The notes beneath the pieces were generated by a model. That model saw only the letters and a list, made by a program, of their open reading frames with translations. It did no database searches and had not been told where the DNA came from. 64,000 nt of DNA from Octopus bimaculoides (Eukaryota), in the NCBI RefSeq assembly GCF_001194135.2, contig NC_068997.1, positions 5,396,196 through 5,460,195 of the forward strand. Direction: 5' to 3'. Below are positions 28,137 to 40,830 of the stretch, in pieces. The stretch's first letter is position 1, and every line of letters starts with the position of its first letter. Position numbers and translations under genes: made by a program.

Positions 28137-28702
28137 CTAGAAAAAAACAAAATAGAACTAAAAAGTCTGCTGTCACAGTTTTCATTATATAATTACTTTT
28201 CATTGATTATAATTAAATTAAATCATTACGAATATGATTTGTATTTTTTTCTTTTTAATAACTTTTCTCACATGCAAGATTAGTAATTGGAACAAATGCA
28301 TCAAAAGAAAAAGAAATTTTTTCCACATCTTATGCATGTTACAGAAAAACAGTTAAATAGAGAGAAGTCCATAATTTGTAACTAATCACTGGTGCTATGC
28401 TGTGTCTATGGCCAGAACATTTAACTTTCAAATAGCAGGTTAATAACATTTTAAATTTAGGAAGTACTATAAAAGAGATGTAGTATCTATGGAGCACTGC
28501 TGCATGAATAAAATATAGATTCTATGGAGCACTATTATGTAGAGTCTAGGATGTACTATGGGTGAGATAGCATGTAGGGTGGTCATGGATAATATGCAGT
28601 CCTTTTGACTTCCTGTATGAAACAATTTCCTGATAATACTAACAAAACTTTTTCCAGAGTTGTTTGCTAAAATAGTCAAATCAAATATGAGTAAATACAT
28701 TG

Positions 28703-29546
28703 GTGTGGCCTGAATTATGAGGATCAATACCTTGTGTGGTCTGAATTATGAGGATCAATACCTTGTGTGGCCTGAATTATGAGGATCAATACCTTGTGTG
28801 GCCTGAATTATGAGGATCAAGNNNNNNNNNNNNNNNNNNNNNNNNNNNNNNNNNNNNNNNNNNNNNNNNNNNNNNNNNNNNNNNNNNNNNNNNNNNNNNN
28901 NNNNNNNNNNNNNNNNNNNNNNNNNNNNNNNNNNNNNNNNNNNNNNNNNNNNNNNNNNNNNNNNNNNNNNNNNNNNNNNNNNNNNNNNNNNNNNNNNNNN
29001 NNNNNNNNNNNNNNNNNNNNNNNNNNNNNNNNNNNNNNNNNNNNNNNNNNNNNNNNNNNNNNNNNNNNNNNNNNNNNNNNNNNNNNNNNNNNNNNNNNNN
29101 NNNNNNNNNNNNNNNNNNNNNNNNNNNNNNNNNNNNNNNNNNNNNNNNNNNNNNNNNNNNNNNNNNNNNNNNNNNNNNNNNNNNNNNNNNNNNNNNNNNN
29201 NNNNNNNNNNNNNNNNNNNNNNNNNNNNNNNNNNNNNNNNNNNNNNNNNNNNNNNNNNNNNNNNCTGAATTATGAGGATCAATACCTTGTGTGGCCTGAA
29301 TTATGAGGATCAATACCTTGTGTGGTCTGAATTATGAGGATCAATACCTTGTGTGGCCTGAATTATGAGGATCAATACCTTGTGTGGTCTGAATTATGAG
29401 GATCAATACCTTGTGTGGTCTGAATTATGAGGATCAATACCTTGTGTGGCCTGAATTATGAGGATCAATACCTTGTGTGGCCTGAATTATGAGGATCAAG
29501 ACCTTGTGTGGCCTGAATTATGAGGATCAATACCTTGTGTGGTCTG
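28703..29546. repeat. 31-bp tandem satellite with a central assembly gap
   Basis: Unit GTGTGG(C/T)CTGAATTATGAGGATCAA(T/G)ACCTT. About 4 units left and 9 right of gap 28822-29264; no spacers. Confidence 0.97.
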
Positions 29547-29624
29547 CTGGTCAAACAAAGTTGCCCATATCTGGGTATTGAGTGATATAGCATCTGGAAG
29601 GCACTCTCAATGAGATGAAGAATG

Positions 29625-29815
29625 TGGGTGAGATATAGGGTCTACAAGGTACTATGGGTGAACTGTTGGGTTTATAAGTACTATGGATGAGATATAGGGT
29701 CTACAAGATACTATGGACAAGATTTAGGGTCTATAAGGTATTATGGATGAGCTGTGGGGTCCTATAAAAGTACTATAGACAAGATGTAGGGTTTATGAGG
29801 TATATGGATGAGACA
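29625..29815. repeat. Degenerate ~30-bp minisatellite
   Basis: About 6 units like GAGATATAGGGTCTACAAGGTACTATGGAT; similar motifs at about 28480-28590. Confidence 0.7.
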
Positions 29816-30706
29816 TAAACCCTTAAAGGTGATGGATTAAAAGAGTTAAGGAACAACTACTCAAAAATCAGTGAATATGTATGAATAACATTTGTTGCTC
29901 ATCCAAAGTTTCATGTTAAGAGAGAGAATGATTTATTCATTGGGGCAAATTCTTTTTTTACAGTTTAGGCATCAGTCCCTTCTTGCCACTAACCACTCAA
30001 CTCTGAAGTAGGGTTTCTTTGTTTTGTTTCAATAACTCAGAGTGAGGTGCTATTTCTCAGAGGCACGGCACAATGTGCCATAGATATGAACATATATGGT
30101 CAGTTGTCCAACACAATCAGTGCTTAAATCATTTGCACAGGAGAAACAATCAGCTTTTCAATCTTGGATCTGTTACACAGTGTGTATGTTGTTCAGTATT
30201 ATAAGGAGATGATGGGGTATAGCAATCTTATAGGGTAAGTGGTATTGAAGTGAGAAGCACTAGGGTGATACACTGTTATAGGAAAGGGTGCAGTGGGGTA
30301 ATACTGTGTTTCAGGGTATAAGGTACTGAGTGGTGCTACTGCATAGACATTATAGGATGGATGGTATTGTGGTGATGTTATAGAGTAGATATTAATGTGG
30401 TAGTAGTATTATAGGGTAGATAATACTGGAGATGAAGTATGAAACTGACCGAAAAACTTTGGGATTCATCATTTCTGTTTTAATATCCACTTTTCAAAGC
30501 TTGCATAGGTTGAACAGAATTTGTTAAGATAGATTTTCTATAACTGGATACCCTTCCTGTTGCAAACCCTCACTTGTTTTCAAGAAAGATATTTCCCCAT
30601 GGCGGAACATGTTTTCACAGAAGATTGGAAATGAAGGGGACTGTTTGAATGATTGATGGTGACACTCATTTACAGCAATTATGCAATGTTAAGAGAAGTA
30701 GACACC

Positions 30707-30761
<55 letters not shown>

Positions 30762-30942
30762 CATGCAGTGGGACTGATCTCAGAACCAAGTGTTTTGAAA
30801 GCAAGCTTGTTAACCACACAACTATGCCTATTTCTTGTATAAAATAGAAAATGCTACTCCAGGTCCCACCCCACCCTAAAAAAAGAGACCTATATAAACC
30901 AATGCAGGAAAAAAAAATGAAATAAAGCCAAAATAAACGTAC

Positions 30943-31064
30943 CTTTCTTTGAACAACACTGAATCCCACACGGCAACGAGTACAACACTCACCATCTTTC
31001 CATTCTGGTGCCTTTTCTGCCACAAACATTGCATCAGCTTCTTTTAAAGCAGGAAACGTATAAC
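30943..31064 (-). CDS. HGS: HGS exon, VHS-FYVE linker and first half of the FYVE finger
   Basis: cttacattgtAG|...|GTACGT, 122 nt, phase 1 to 0. (G)YTFPALKEADAMFVAEKAPEWKDGECCTRCRVGFSVVQRK; also visible inside ORF 30679..31080. Confidence 0.97.
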
Positions 31065-31189
31065 CTACAATGTAAGACAATTTAATGTGATGTGTAGTTA
31101 GTAAAATTACTTCATTAACTTAAAACTTTGTAGCTGAAAATGGTAATTGCTTTGTGATATTTAATGAACTAACAAGGTTATTTTTCCAC

Positions 31190-31520
31190 ATTGACGGGGA
31201 AATTGATGCTTCACTTCATGCTCTTGCTTGATGAAGCTGGGGTCATCCCAAGTCAGTGGTCCCAGAGATTTTCTTATCGATAGAGCTGACTGGGTCCACC
31301 AGTGATGTCCATCAATAGCAGTCCCATGTCAGTCCCTCTGCATCCTCCGAGGTGACATTGAGCTTCTGGTGATCTTCCCCAATCACATCCAACCATCTGG
31401 TCCATGGCCTGCCACGAGGCCTCTTCCAGACCACAGCTTTTGTATCAAATGAGAATAAAGTCCTTGTAGGATGATCTAGCATGAGACAGAGGACATGTCC
31501 ATACCAGTGCTATGAGGTGG
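31190..31520 (-). mobile_element. RTE-like LINE 3' remnant
   Basis: Minus strand reads WYGHVLCL...WKRPRGRPWTRWLDVIGED. Confidence 0.7.
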
Positions 31521-32341
31521 GTGGCTATGGGCTGATGTGTGCACACATGCATTTCTTTGTTGGAAACATGATGGTACCATCTGATGTTCTTGATGGTTTT
31601 CAGGGCTCTGCTATCAAAGTTACCAAATCTCTGTTTATTCAAGGAATTGAAGCAAGGTTGTTTATTTTTGGAGAGTGATATCTGATAGAGCCAATAAGGT
31701 GCAGGACTACCAACCAAAAGATCAGTGGTTCGTGTCACATTCCCAATACAGTATAAATAACTAAGACACCTTTTTGTTCTGCCTAATTTTGTATAATTAG
31801 TAGGATTAATAGAGGAAAATACCTTTAACCCTAACATTCTCCAAGTCTTTCTAGGATGAAAGATAGGGATAATTGATTGTAGAGTGAAATTAGTGTAGTT
31901 AATACCTAATCAGAACTTTTGTGAAGGTCTGAAGGCGACATCTGTGAAAAGAGTGGCGGCTGAAGGGGACATTTGTGAATAGTTAGTCAGGTTTTGGTGA
32001 TAAGAGGATGACAAGAGGAATTGCAATGATTTGTTTTTCTTTGTAAAAAATGTGAGGTGGGAAAGGGGCAGTGTCCATGACCTTTGTATGGTGATGTGAC
32101 CACATTCACAGACTGGTGAGGCTAATATGACTGATGAATAACTTGAACATTTATAGGTCACAATGTTCAAAGGAAAAGTGAGGTTCAATGAGAGAATTCC
32201 AGAGAGTTGCAATTCCAAAGAGGAAGGTCTGAGAAGTAATGTATGAATTGAGTGGGTTAAAGTTGGTTTGTTCAGTAGATGAAGATTAACACAAAATAAC
32301 TAGATGATGATGGCATTGAAGATGTCAAAATAATGACTCAC

Positions 32342-32462
32342 CCTCCATTTTCATTAAATGGTATGTGTCTTGCACTGCTTTGTAGCTGGGTTCATTGCGG
32401 AAAGCATGTGACCATACCTGGATCAGTTCCAATATTTTCTCTTTGACAGGGGGTGGTCTTGT
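32342..32462 (-). CDS. HGS: HGS exon, VHS domain end
   Basis: cattctttccAG|...|GTGAGT, 121 nt, phase 0 to 1. TRPPPVKEKILELIQVWSHAFRNEPSYKAVQDTYHLMKME(G). Confidence 0.97.
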
Positions 32463-32540
32463 CTGGAAAGAATGAACAGAACATACAGAGAACAGTGAAA
32501 TACTTTCCTATCTATAATGAAAATGCATTATTATAGATTA

Positions 32541-32666
32541 TTACAGGTTATTACAGACTGGCAGTAGCATTGCTACAAATTCTTACAGGCTGGCTATAGC
32601 ATTGTTACAGGTTATGATAGATGGACAGTAGCATGGTTACAAGTATTACACACTGACAGTGCATGG
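32541..32666. repeat. Degenerate 32-bp tandem repeat x4
   Basis: TTACAGGTTATTACAGACTGGCAGTAGCATTG and three variants. Confidence 0.75.
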
Positions 32667-33488
32667 ATGTGAGTGTGTGATGTCTATGCATGTGTACATG
32701 TGTGGGCTGACATGTGGGTGAGGGATGATGGTATTAGCTTGATGCATATGTGCATGTTGTAGGGGAAGCATACGTATGGGTGCAGGTGTGTATCAGCCAT
32801 GTGTGAATACTCCAGTGCACAGACCTGCAGGTGTATACATCAACTGTGTATATCAGCTGCATGTGGTTGGTTGTATGAGCATGCGTGTGAATACATGTGC
32901 ATTAGTGCCTGCTGTATATGTGTGTGAATGTGTTTAGGATGCATGTATAGGTACATGTGCATATGGATGATTGATGAACACAAGTATATACATTCTTTTA
33001 TTTGTATGTGAACATATGTATGTGTTTGTTTGGAAGAACATACATACATGTGTGAACATATATATGCATGCTTTTGATACTTGTGTGTGTGAGCATGATA
33101 GATATATGCTGGAGTTTGTGTATCTCTTCATTCAATAAAACAAGCCTGAATGAGCTATGTTTCTGAAAATCTAAGATGCATGGAGCTGAAGCAAACAGTT
33201 TTAAATAAGATGCAACTCCTACTAAATGTGTTAAATGCCTTTTCTTCCATATGTCCACTCACTTGTATATCACCATCATTTAACATTCATTCTCCATCCT
33301 GGTAGTGCTCGTTTGATAGTTATTTTATTGACCCCAGAGGGATGAAAGGCAAAGATGATCGCAGCAGAATTTGAACATAGAAAATATGCTTAGTATTTAT
33401 TCCGGCTCTTTGTTTTAACACTAAGAATTCTGCTAGTTCACCACCTTCACAAGTATGAAGCAATACTAAGCAAACTAGAAAGCAATAC

Positions 33489-33581
33489 CTTGACTTGTTC
33501 CTTCAGAAACTCCATGAACTCTTTGGAAGCAACTTCTTGGTGAATCAATGAGGAGCAATTCTTTACACAGGACTCCAGTGT
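33489..33581 (-). CDS. HGS: HGS exon, VHS domain
   Basis: ttttctgttacAG|...|GTATTG, 93 nt, phase 0 to 0. TLESCVKNCSSLIHQEVASKEFMEFLKEQVK. Confidence 0.96.
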
Positions 33582-33780
33582 CTGTAACAGAAAACAAAAC
33601 CTTTTATTTCACATCATTGATAGGATTACATATGGAATTGAACTCAATTCTTGCTCTTTAGTGTCATACATACACAATATGCACATGATGAATGTTGCCA
33701 AAATGCAAATAAGCGCACACATGCTCAAACACACACTCAGACAAATATTGCGAAAATACAAATATGCACACATATGCACA

Positions 33781-34114
33781 AAGAAGCATGTCTTCAAAGG
33801 AACAAAGCCATCAACAGGGGAAATGACAGCAATGTCACCACTTGCAGCTGGCTGATTTTCGGTGAAGCTCAAATGTCAACGCACGCACGCACGCACAATT
33901 TGAAACCTTAACACAGTTTAGATGATCAATAAGTAACAATCAATAACTGAAATCTCTTTATAAACACAATATGGACATTTTACAAAATAGAAAAAAGCGT
34001 GCGTGCGTGCGTTTGTTAACATTTGAGCTTCACCGAAAATCAGCCAGCTGCAAGTGGTGACATTGCTGTCATTTCCCCTGTTGATGGCTTTGTTCCTTTG
34101 AAGACATGCTTCTT
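33781..34114. repeat. 96-bp perfect inverted repeat
   Basis: 33781-33876 is the exact reverse complement of 34019-34114. Pairing continues through GCAC/GTGC repeats; spacer about 100 nt. Confidence 0.95.
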
Positions 34115-34569
34115 AAGAAGCATTATAAGGTATGTTTCTTTCCCCTACTCTTTTCCCATCTTGCAAGTTGCTTGGTGACCTCACTCGTGCCAGGAGCATG
34201 AGAATGACAAAAGCACCCAGTACACACTGTGAAATGATTGGTGTCAGGAGGGGTATCCAGCCATAGAAACCATATCAGAGCAGACATTGGAATGAGATGC
34301 AACTCTGCAGCCTACCAAATCCTGTCAAACCATCCAACCTATGCAATCATGAGAAACAGATGCAAAACGGTGATAATGATGATGGTTAATACCATGAAGG
34401 TTATCCAGCTGTAAAACACTATCACAATAATGTGTATCTGACCCATGTTAATAAAGGAAAACGGACATAAAAACAAATATCTATAAATTAATTGTGAAAT
34501 TTTATTTCACTAGCATTATAATATTGATATAAACAATGTTAATGTAACAAGCTATTGTAGAGTGTAGTG

Positions 34570-35640
34570 GGCGCTTTTACGTGCCACCAGCATAAAGGTC
34601 AGTCAGGCAGTACTGGCAACGGCCACGTTCAAAATGGTGTATTTTACGTGCCACCTACACAGGAGCCAGTCCAGTGGCACTGACAACGATCTCGCTCGAA
34701 TGTCTTTATACATGCCACTGGCACAAGTGTCAGGAAGGCGACACTGGGTACAGGTGCCATCATGATTTCGCTTTTGCTTGCTCCAACAGGTCTTCGCAAA
34801 CCGAGTTTAGTGTCCAATGAAGGAGACGACGTTGGCATGGGTGCCAGCCGATGAATTAAGTTCAATTTCAATTTCANNNNNNNNNNNNNNNNNNNNNNNN
34901 NNNNNNNNNNNNNNNNNNNNNNNNNNNNNNNNNNNNNNNNNNNNNNNNNNNNNNNNNNNNNNNNNNNNNNNNNNNNNNNNNNNNNNNNNNNNNNNNNNNN
35001 NNNNNNNNNNNNNNNNNNNNNNNNNNNNNNNNNNNNNNNNNNNNNNNNNNNNNNNGCACAGCATATTTCCATAGGTCTTGGTCAGAAGTCATCGCCTCGG
35101 TGAGGCCCAATGTTTGAAGGTCGTGCCTCACCACCTCATTCCAGGTCTTCCTGGGCCTACCTCTTCCACAGGTTCCCTCAACTGCTAGGATGTGACACTT
35201 TTTCACACAGCTATCCTCATCCATTCTCGCCACATGACCATACCAGCGCAATCATCTCTCCTGCACACCACAACTGATGCTTCTTAGGTTCAACTTTTCT
35301 CTCAAGGTACTTACACTCTGTCTAGTATGCACACTGACACTACACACCCATCGGAGCATACTGGCTTCATTCCTTGCGAGCCTACGCCATGTAGCATGTT
35401 TCACTGCCATGTAGCATAGCTGTTCGTACACATGCGTCATACAGTCTGCCTTTTACTCTGAGTGAGAGGCCCCTTGTCACCAGCAGAGGTAAGAGCTCTC
35501 TGAACTTTGCCCAGGCTATTCTTATTCTAGCAGCTACACTTTCAGCGCACCCTCCCCTACTACTAACTTGGTCACCTAGATAGCAGAAGCTATCAACTAC
35601 ATCTAGTTTTTCTCCCTGGAATGTGGCCAAAGTTGTTTTC
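34570..35640 (-). mobile_element. 5'-truncated RTE-clade LINE (RT C-terminus plus 3' UTR, interrupted by a gap)
   Basis: VDSFCYLGDQVSSRGGCAESVAARIRIAWAKFRELLPLL; LYDACVRTAMLHGSET; RWYGHVARMDEDSCVKK...GRGRPRKTW. Gap at 34877-35055. Confidence 0.9.
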
Positions 35641-36021
35641 TGCACATTTTCAGTGTTTATTGCTCCTGAACATCTGCATCTATGACAACATAATATCTAG
35701 TTTAGAGTCTTGTCTTGCAAGTTACTTGGTGACCTTACAAGTGCTGGTTCCATATGCAAAGCACCCAGTACACTCTGTAAAGTGGTCAGTATTAAGAAGG
35801 GCATCCATCTGTAGAAACTACACCAAAGCTGACATTGAGGTTTGGTGCAGTCCTCTGGCTTACTGGCTCCTCTCCAACAGGAAGAAAAAATAGGTGTTAA
35901 ATGATGATGACATTGCCTTGCCTTAGGCCATCATCTCTGGATGGCATGGTAGGGACAGCACAACCATGTCTTGGGTATTTGAAATACTAGTCAACTCACC
36001 AGATCTGGCCACAGTTGATTT

Positions 36022-36056
<35 letters not shown>

Positions 36057-36239
36057 CATGTGCGAGTGCGAGTGCGTGAGAGATGTCAACACTAGTGCTT
36101 GACTGATATTTTATTCACTCTGAGAGGATGAAAGGCAGAATTGATACTGACAGGATCTGAACTGAGAGCCTACAAAGATTGAATATTGCAAAGTACTTTC
36201 TGATATTCTATTAACCAATTCACTCTGAGGCAATGATAA

Positions 36240-36675
36240 GTGACAGAGACCCTTGGAGATATGCTGTGCTGGAGAAGACCCAGGAAGCCAAGTGAGACCA
36301 TAACCGTGGCCTATGCCAGTGCTGTATAACCAGCCCATTTAAGAGTACCCTTCAATCATTGGACAATAAACTATGCTTGCGAAGACCTGCTAAGGCAAGT
36401 GAAATCGCTGTTGAGGCTGATGACAGTACCGCCTGATTGGCACCCGTGCCAGTGGAATGTTAGCACCATTTGAGCATGGCCGATGCCAGTCCCACCTGAC
36501 TGGCCCTCGTGCTGGTGGCACGTAAAAGCACCCACTACAATCACGGAGTGGTTGGTGTTAGGAAGGGCATCCAACTGTAGAAACTTTGTCAGATAAGATT
36601 GGAGCCTGGTGCAGCCCTTAGTCAAAGCGTCCAACCCGTACCAGCATGGAAAGCGGACGTTAAACGATGATGATG
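36240..36675 (+). mobile_element. RTE LINE 3' end/UTR, opposite orientation to 34570-35640
   Basis: Shares GACCC/TTGGAGATATGCTGTG, TTGCGAAGACCTG and GCTGGTGGCACGTAAAAGC motifs with the minus copy; ends CAGCATGGAAAGCGGACGTTAAACGATGATGATG. Confidence 0.8.
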
Positions 36676-36693
36676 AATTCACTATCATACATA

Positions 36694-36725
<32 letters not shown>

Positions 36726-36786
36726 AATGTATATANNNNNNNNNNNNNNNNNNNNNNNNNNNNNNNNNNNNNNNNNNNNNNNNNNN

Positions 36787-36830
<44 letters not shown>

Positions 36831-37383
36831 ATCATCATCTTTTAATCTCCGCTTTCCATGCTGGCATGGGTTGGACGGTTTAAAAACTGAAGGAAGGATT
36901 CTTGTGAAACACTGGACTCAAGAGTTCTCTGATGTTACCAGTCTTTTACTGGTCAACATAAAGAATAGATAACACAATGTTGTGTCAATCAGGTGGGCCA
37001 CATCAGCAATTTTGATTTGTTGACACTTGCCTCAATAGGTCTTCACAAGTAAAGTTCATTGTCCAATGAATGAGGGGTACTCATAAGTAGGCCGGTTACA
37101 CCCCACGTTCGGATGTACTTTTAATGTTCCACTGGCACAAGTGCCAATCAGTGGTACTGTCATTGGCCACATCAGCAATTTTGATATATATTCATATATT
37201 CCAACAAAGTTGATTTTGCCTTTCAACATTTTGGGGTCAAATGTAATTGACTAGCCCTATATGTCAAAATTTCAGGTGTTGCAACTGTAGCAGAAAGAAT
37301 ACACACATACACATATATCTATTTATAGTTGGCAAAGCTAAAAATCAAAATCAAACAATAATGAAAATTATCAACAAAGTTAC

Positions 37384-37459
37384 CTGGAGTGCAAACATTG
37401 CAACATGAGGATTATCAACAGCTAATTTCTTCTTGATTGCAGTCAGGGCATATTTGGGT
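37384..37459 (-). CDS. HGS: HGS exon, VHS domain
   Basis: ttgttttccAG|...|GTAACT, 76 nt, phase 2 to 0. PKYALTAIKKKLAVDNPHVAMFALQ (Hrs: AKYAVNSIKKKVNDKNPHVALYALE). Confidence 0.96.
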
Positions 37460-38567
37460 CTGGAAAACAAAAAGAAAAAGAAATGTTTAACAGACCACCA
37501 CATTCTAAAAATAAAAACTCAATAGTTGGATCTAACAGCAGAAAAATAATTTTCACAAATCAGCCATACCTAGTCACATTAAATTGCTTTAGTCTCAGGA
37601 AAACTCCAGCCTTTTACATTTTACTTCAGTTTATCATTTTCATGAAATTTGTAAATGTATCGTTCACCAAAAGTAATATTTTTATAATTAAACATTAGGA
37701 ACTGTATTAAAAAATTGTTAAATATCTTGTGTAGTGTAGAAGTATAACAAATTTATTGCACATAAACTTTAACAAAATCTCATATGTACCCTCAAAGGTC
37801 ATATGGACCCCAGTTGAAAACCACTGATTCACATCAAAGCTGCATTACATTCTATAGGCACGGACATGACTGTCTGGTTAAGAAGTTTGCTTCCCAACAC
37901 GATTTTGGGTTCAGCCCTGCAGCATGGCACTTTGGGTATGTGTCTTCTGTTATAGTCCTGGGCTAAACAAAGTGTTGAGAGTAGATTTGGTAGATGGAAA
38001 TTGAAAGCCCATTGTGTATATCAATGTGTATGTGTGTGTGCACATTGTGTACATGTGTGTGAAATCTGAATGTCACTCTTTTTCTTGACATAGCATAATA
38101 GTTGAAATAAGCATCATTGCCACACAAACAGTATCATCCATTTCCAATATTTTGCAAAACCATGCCATGGAGAAATATTACCTAGGTTGGAAACAGGTAT
38201 GGTTTGGTGATAGAAAGGAACATACAGTTGTGAAAACTCTGCTTCAACTAAGTGGGACAATCCATGCAAGCACAGAAAAGTTGACATTAATGATGATGAT
38301 GAACTTAAAGGTGGTGGATTTAGCTATCTTGGGACTGAACAGAGTCTAACAATAGCTGAACTTGTTATTGTTCAGTTGCAGATCAGACGTTCTCATTAAC
38401 CTCACTTTTAACCAAAACTCATCACAGCAAGACTAGATATAGTTACATCTTTTTATCCTTTATTTATTTCAGTCGCTGTACTGAGTCCATGCTGGGACAC
38501 TGCCTTGAGTTTTAGTTGAACAAATGGACCCCAGTATTTATGTAAATAAAAACATGTCAACACTTAC

Positions 38568-38652
38568 TGTACATCTCCCTGTCTGATGCAGTCACAGATA
38601 CCTAAAATAGAGTCCCAGTCTGGTTCTAATAGTAGCTGGCTTGTTGCTTTCT
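38568..38652 (-). CDS. HGS: HGS/Hrs exon (first located coding exon, probably exon 2), VHS domain start
   Basis: Minus strand: ttctattacAG|...|GTAAGT, 85 nt, phase 1 to 2. Translates (E)KATSQLLLEPDWDSILGICDCIRQGDV(Q), matching the Hrs VHS N-terminus KATSQLLLETDWESILQICDLIRQGD. Confidence 0.96.
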
Positions 38653-39595
38653 CTGTAATAGAAGAAAGAAAATAATTAGAGAGAGAGAGAGAGAGAGAGA
38701 TAAATTTAAGATTTCAAACCTTTACCTAGATTTCATAGAACCAACTGCATAGGAAGAGGACAACACTTAGTGTGTATGTTTGTGTAAGAATACCTTTTGA
38801 AGAATGCAGCCAAGTTAAGGCTGATTGTATGAAACATGCATAAATTTGAAATCCCAACACATACACATTTTTAGTACAACCATGTATTCAGTGCTAATTG
38901 ATTTCCTACAATACACACAAAAAGAGACCTGATATTTGCTAATGATCTCAGTTGCATTTCCATGACAATGTGTTGAACAGGTCTATAAATTTACATATTT
39001 TATAATAAATTATTGGAGATGCATTCTTTTGGTACTTTCTTTCCAAACCAATTGTGAACAAGATGATAGTGTAGAGAAAGCTATAACATCACCCTTTCTT
39101 ACACATACTCTTTACTCTTTTACTTGTTTCAGTCATTTGACTGTGGTCATACTGGAGCACTGCCTTTAGTTGAGCAAATTGACCCCAGAACTTATTCTTT
39201 GTAAGCCTCTTTTGCCGAACCGCTAGGTTACGGGGACATAAACACACCAGCATTGGTTGTCAAGCGATGTTGGGGGGACAAACATATATACATATCTATG
39301 ATGGGCTTCTTTCAGTTTCCGTCTACCAAATCCACTCACAAAGCTTTGGTCGGCCCGAGGCTATAGTAGAAGACACTTGCCCAAGGTGCCATGCAGTCGG
39401 ACTGAACCCAGAACCATGCTACAAACTTATATAAAATAAAATATACGTATTTTGATTACAGTGAAAGGAACTAAAATTACTTAATACCACAATAAAGTGT
39501 AAATTTATTGAGGATAATCCAACAGCTTGAAATTTGGATCAGCTTCATAATCCATATANNNNNNNNNNNATATATATATATATATATATATATAT

Positions 39596-40830
39596 AGGTC
39601 ATCCCATAAATAATGTTTTTTTTTTAATACTTCTTTTATTTCATAAAATTAAGATAAACAAAGTTCTTTTTTAATCTAAAATACTCTCTCCATTTTCTAC
39701 AATGCTCTTCCATCTATCAGGTAGATTTGCAAGGTCCCTCTTCAAAAATCAATTTGTCTGTAATGAAAAATACTTCTCCAGTACTGTTCTGACCTTGTCT
39801 ATAGAATTCATATTTTTTCTGTCCAAATGAATTTGAGGACTGCGGAATAAAGGATAATCAGATGGGGCAACGTCTGGCAAATATGGTGGGTGGGGCATTG
39901 TTTCCCATTCAAACTGCTCCAGTCTTTGGAATGTCATCCTCGCTGTATGTGGCAGAGCATTATCCTGATGGAAGAACACCTTTCATCTTGATGGTCATTT
40001 TGCTTCTAGTGTTGACTTAAGCTGCTCAAGCTGCTCATTTGATCTCATTTGTTATCGTCTGGTTTGGGCTCAAAAGTTCAAAGTGGACTAAACCTTTCAT
40101 GTCTGACGAAACATAACACCTTTAGCTTTGGGAGCTTGTATTTCTCCTTTCCCTACCCACTGTCTTCGGCACTTGACATTTTTATAGAGAACCCATTTCT
40201 CATCACCAGTCACTATTCAGTCCAAAAATGGTTCATTCGTGAGACATGACAGCAAAGATGAGCACACATTCACTCTTTGCACATGATTAAGACTTGGAAA
40301 GTTTGTGAGGAACCCATTGACCCAATTTGCTGACTTTTCCGATGGCATGCAGGTGTCAGATTGTTGAATGACCGAATTCAAGCTTCTCTGTTAGTTCATC
40401 AACAGTTACAATGGGAATTTGTTCCACCAGGGTTTGCAGGACGTCCTTGTTGAACTCTAGAGATCTTCCAGGATGAGGCTCATCTTCTAGGCTCTAGTTA
40501 CCTGTTTGAAATTTCTGGAACCACTGTTGACACTGGCTTATGCTTATTGTCCGATCCCCATATACTGCATTAATATTCCTTGCACTTTCTGTTGTGTTGT
40601 TGCCTTTATTGAACTCATAAAGCAAAATGTTCCGAATATGCTCCTTTGTCACTTCCATTATAGCTTTGAAAAAATAACTTAAAATCGAACTGCACTCTTC
40701 AAAACTTGCACTAAGAATAAATACAGAGTAAAATTACTACCTGCCTTTATAGCAAGTCGATGCAGGTAGTTTATCCCATCCCCCTCAGACTTTTAGTCCA
40801 TGCAATTGAAAAAACCACATTATTTATATC
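39596..40830 (-). mobile_element. Decayed mariner (Hsmar1/Mos1-like transposase)
   Basis: Minus-strand remnant from ATG at 40658: MEVTKEHIRNILLYEFNKGNN...SLEDEPHPGR, WVPHKL, FHQDNALPH...PHPPYLPDVAPSDYPLF. Several stops; TIRs only partly recognisable. Confidence 0.9.

Noticed and set aside
28703-29546. 31-bp direct repeats as a CRISPR array
   Set aside because: Units are contiguous with no unique spacers, there are no cas genes, and the context is a eukaryotic intron.
36418-36424. Other CTGATGA matches (also near 6221, 12420, 32130, 46152, 46666) as hammerheads
   Set aside because: None has the stem II/GAAA/stem III/UH arrangement closed by a stem I.
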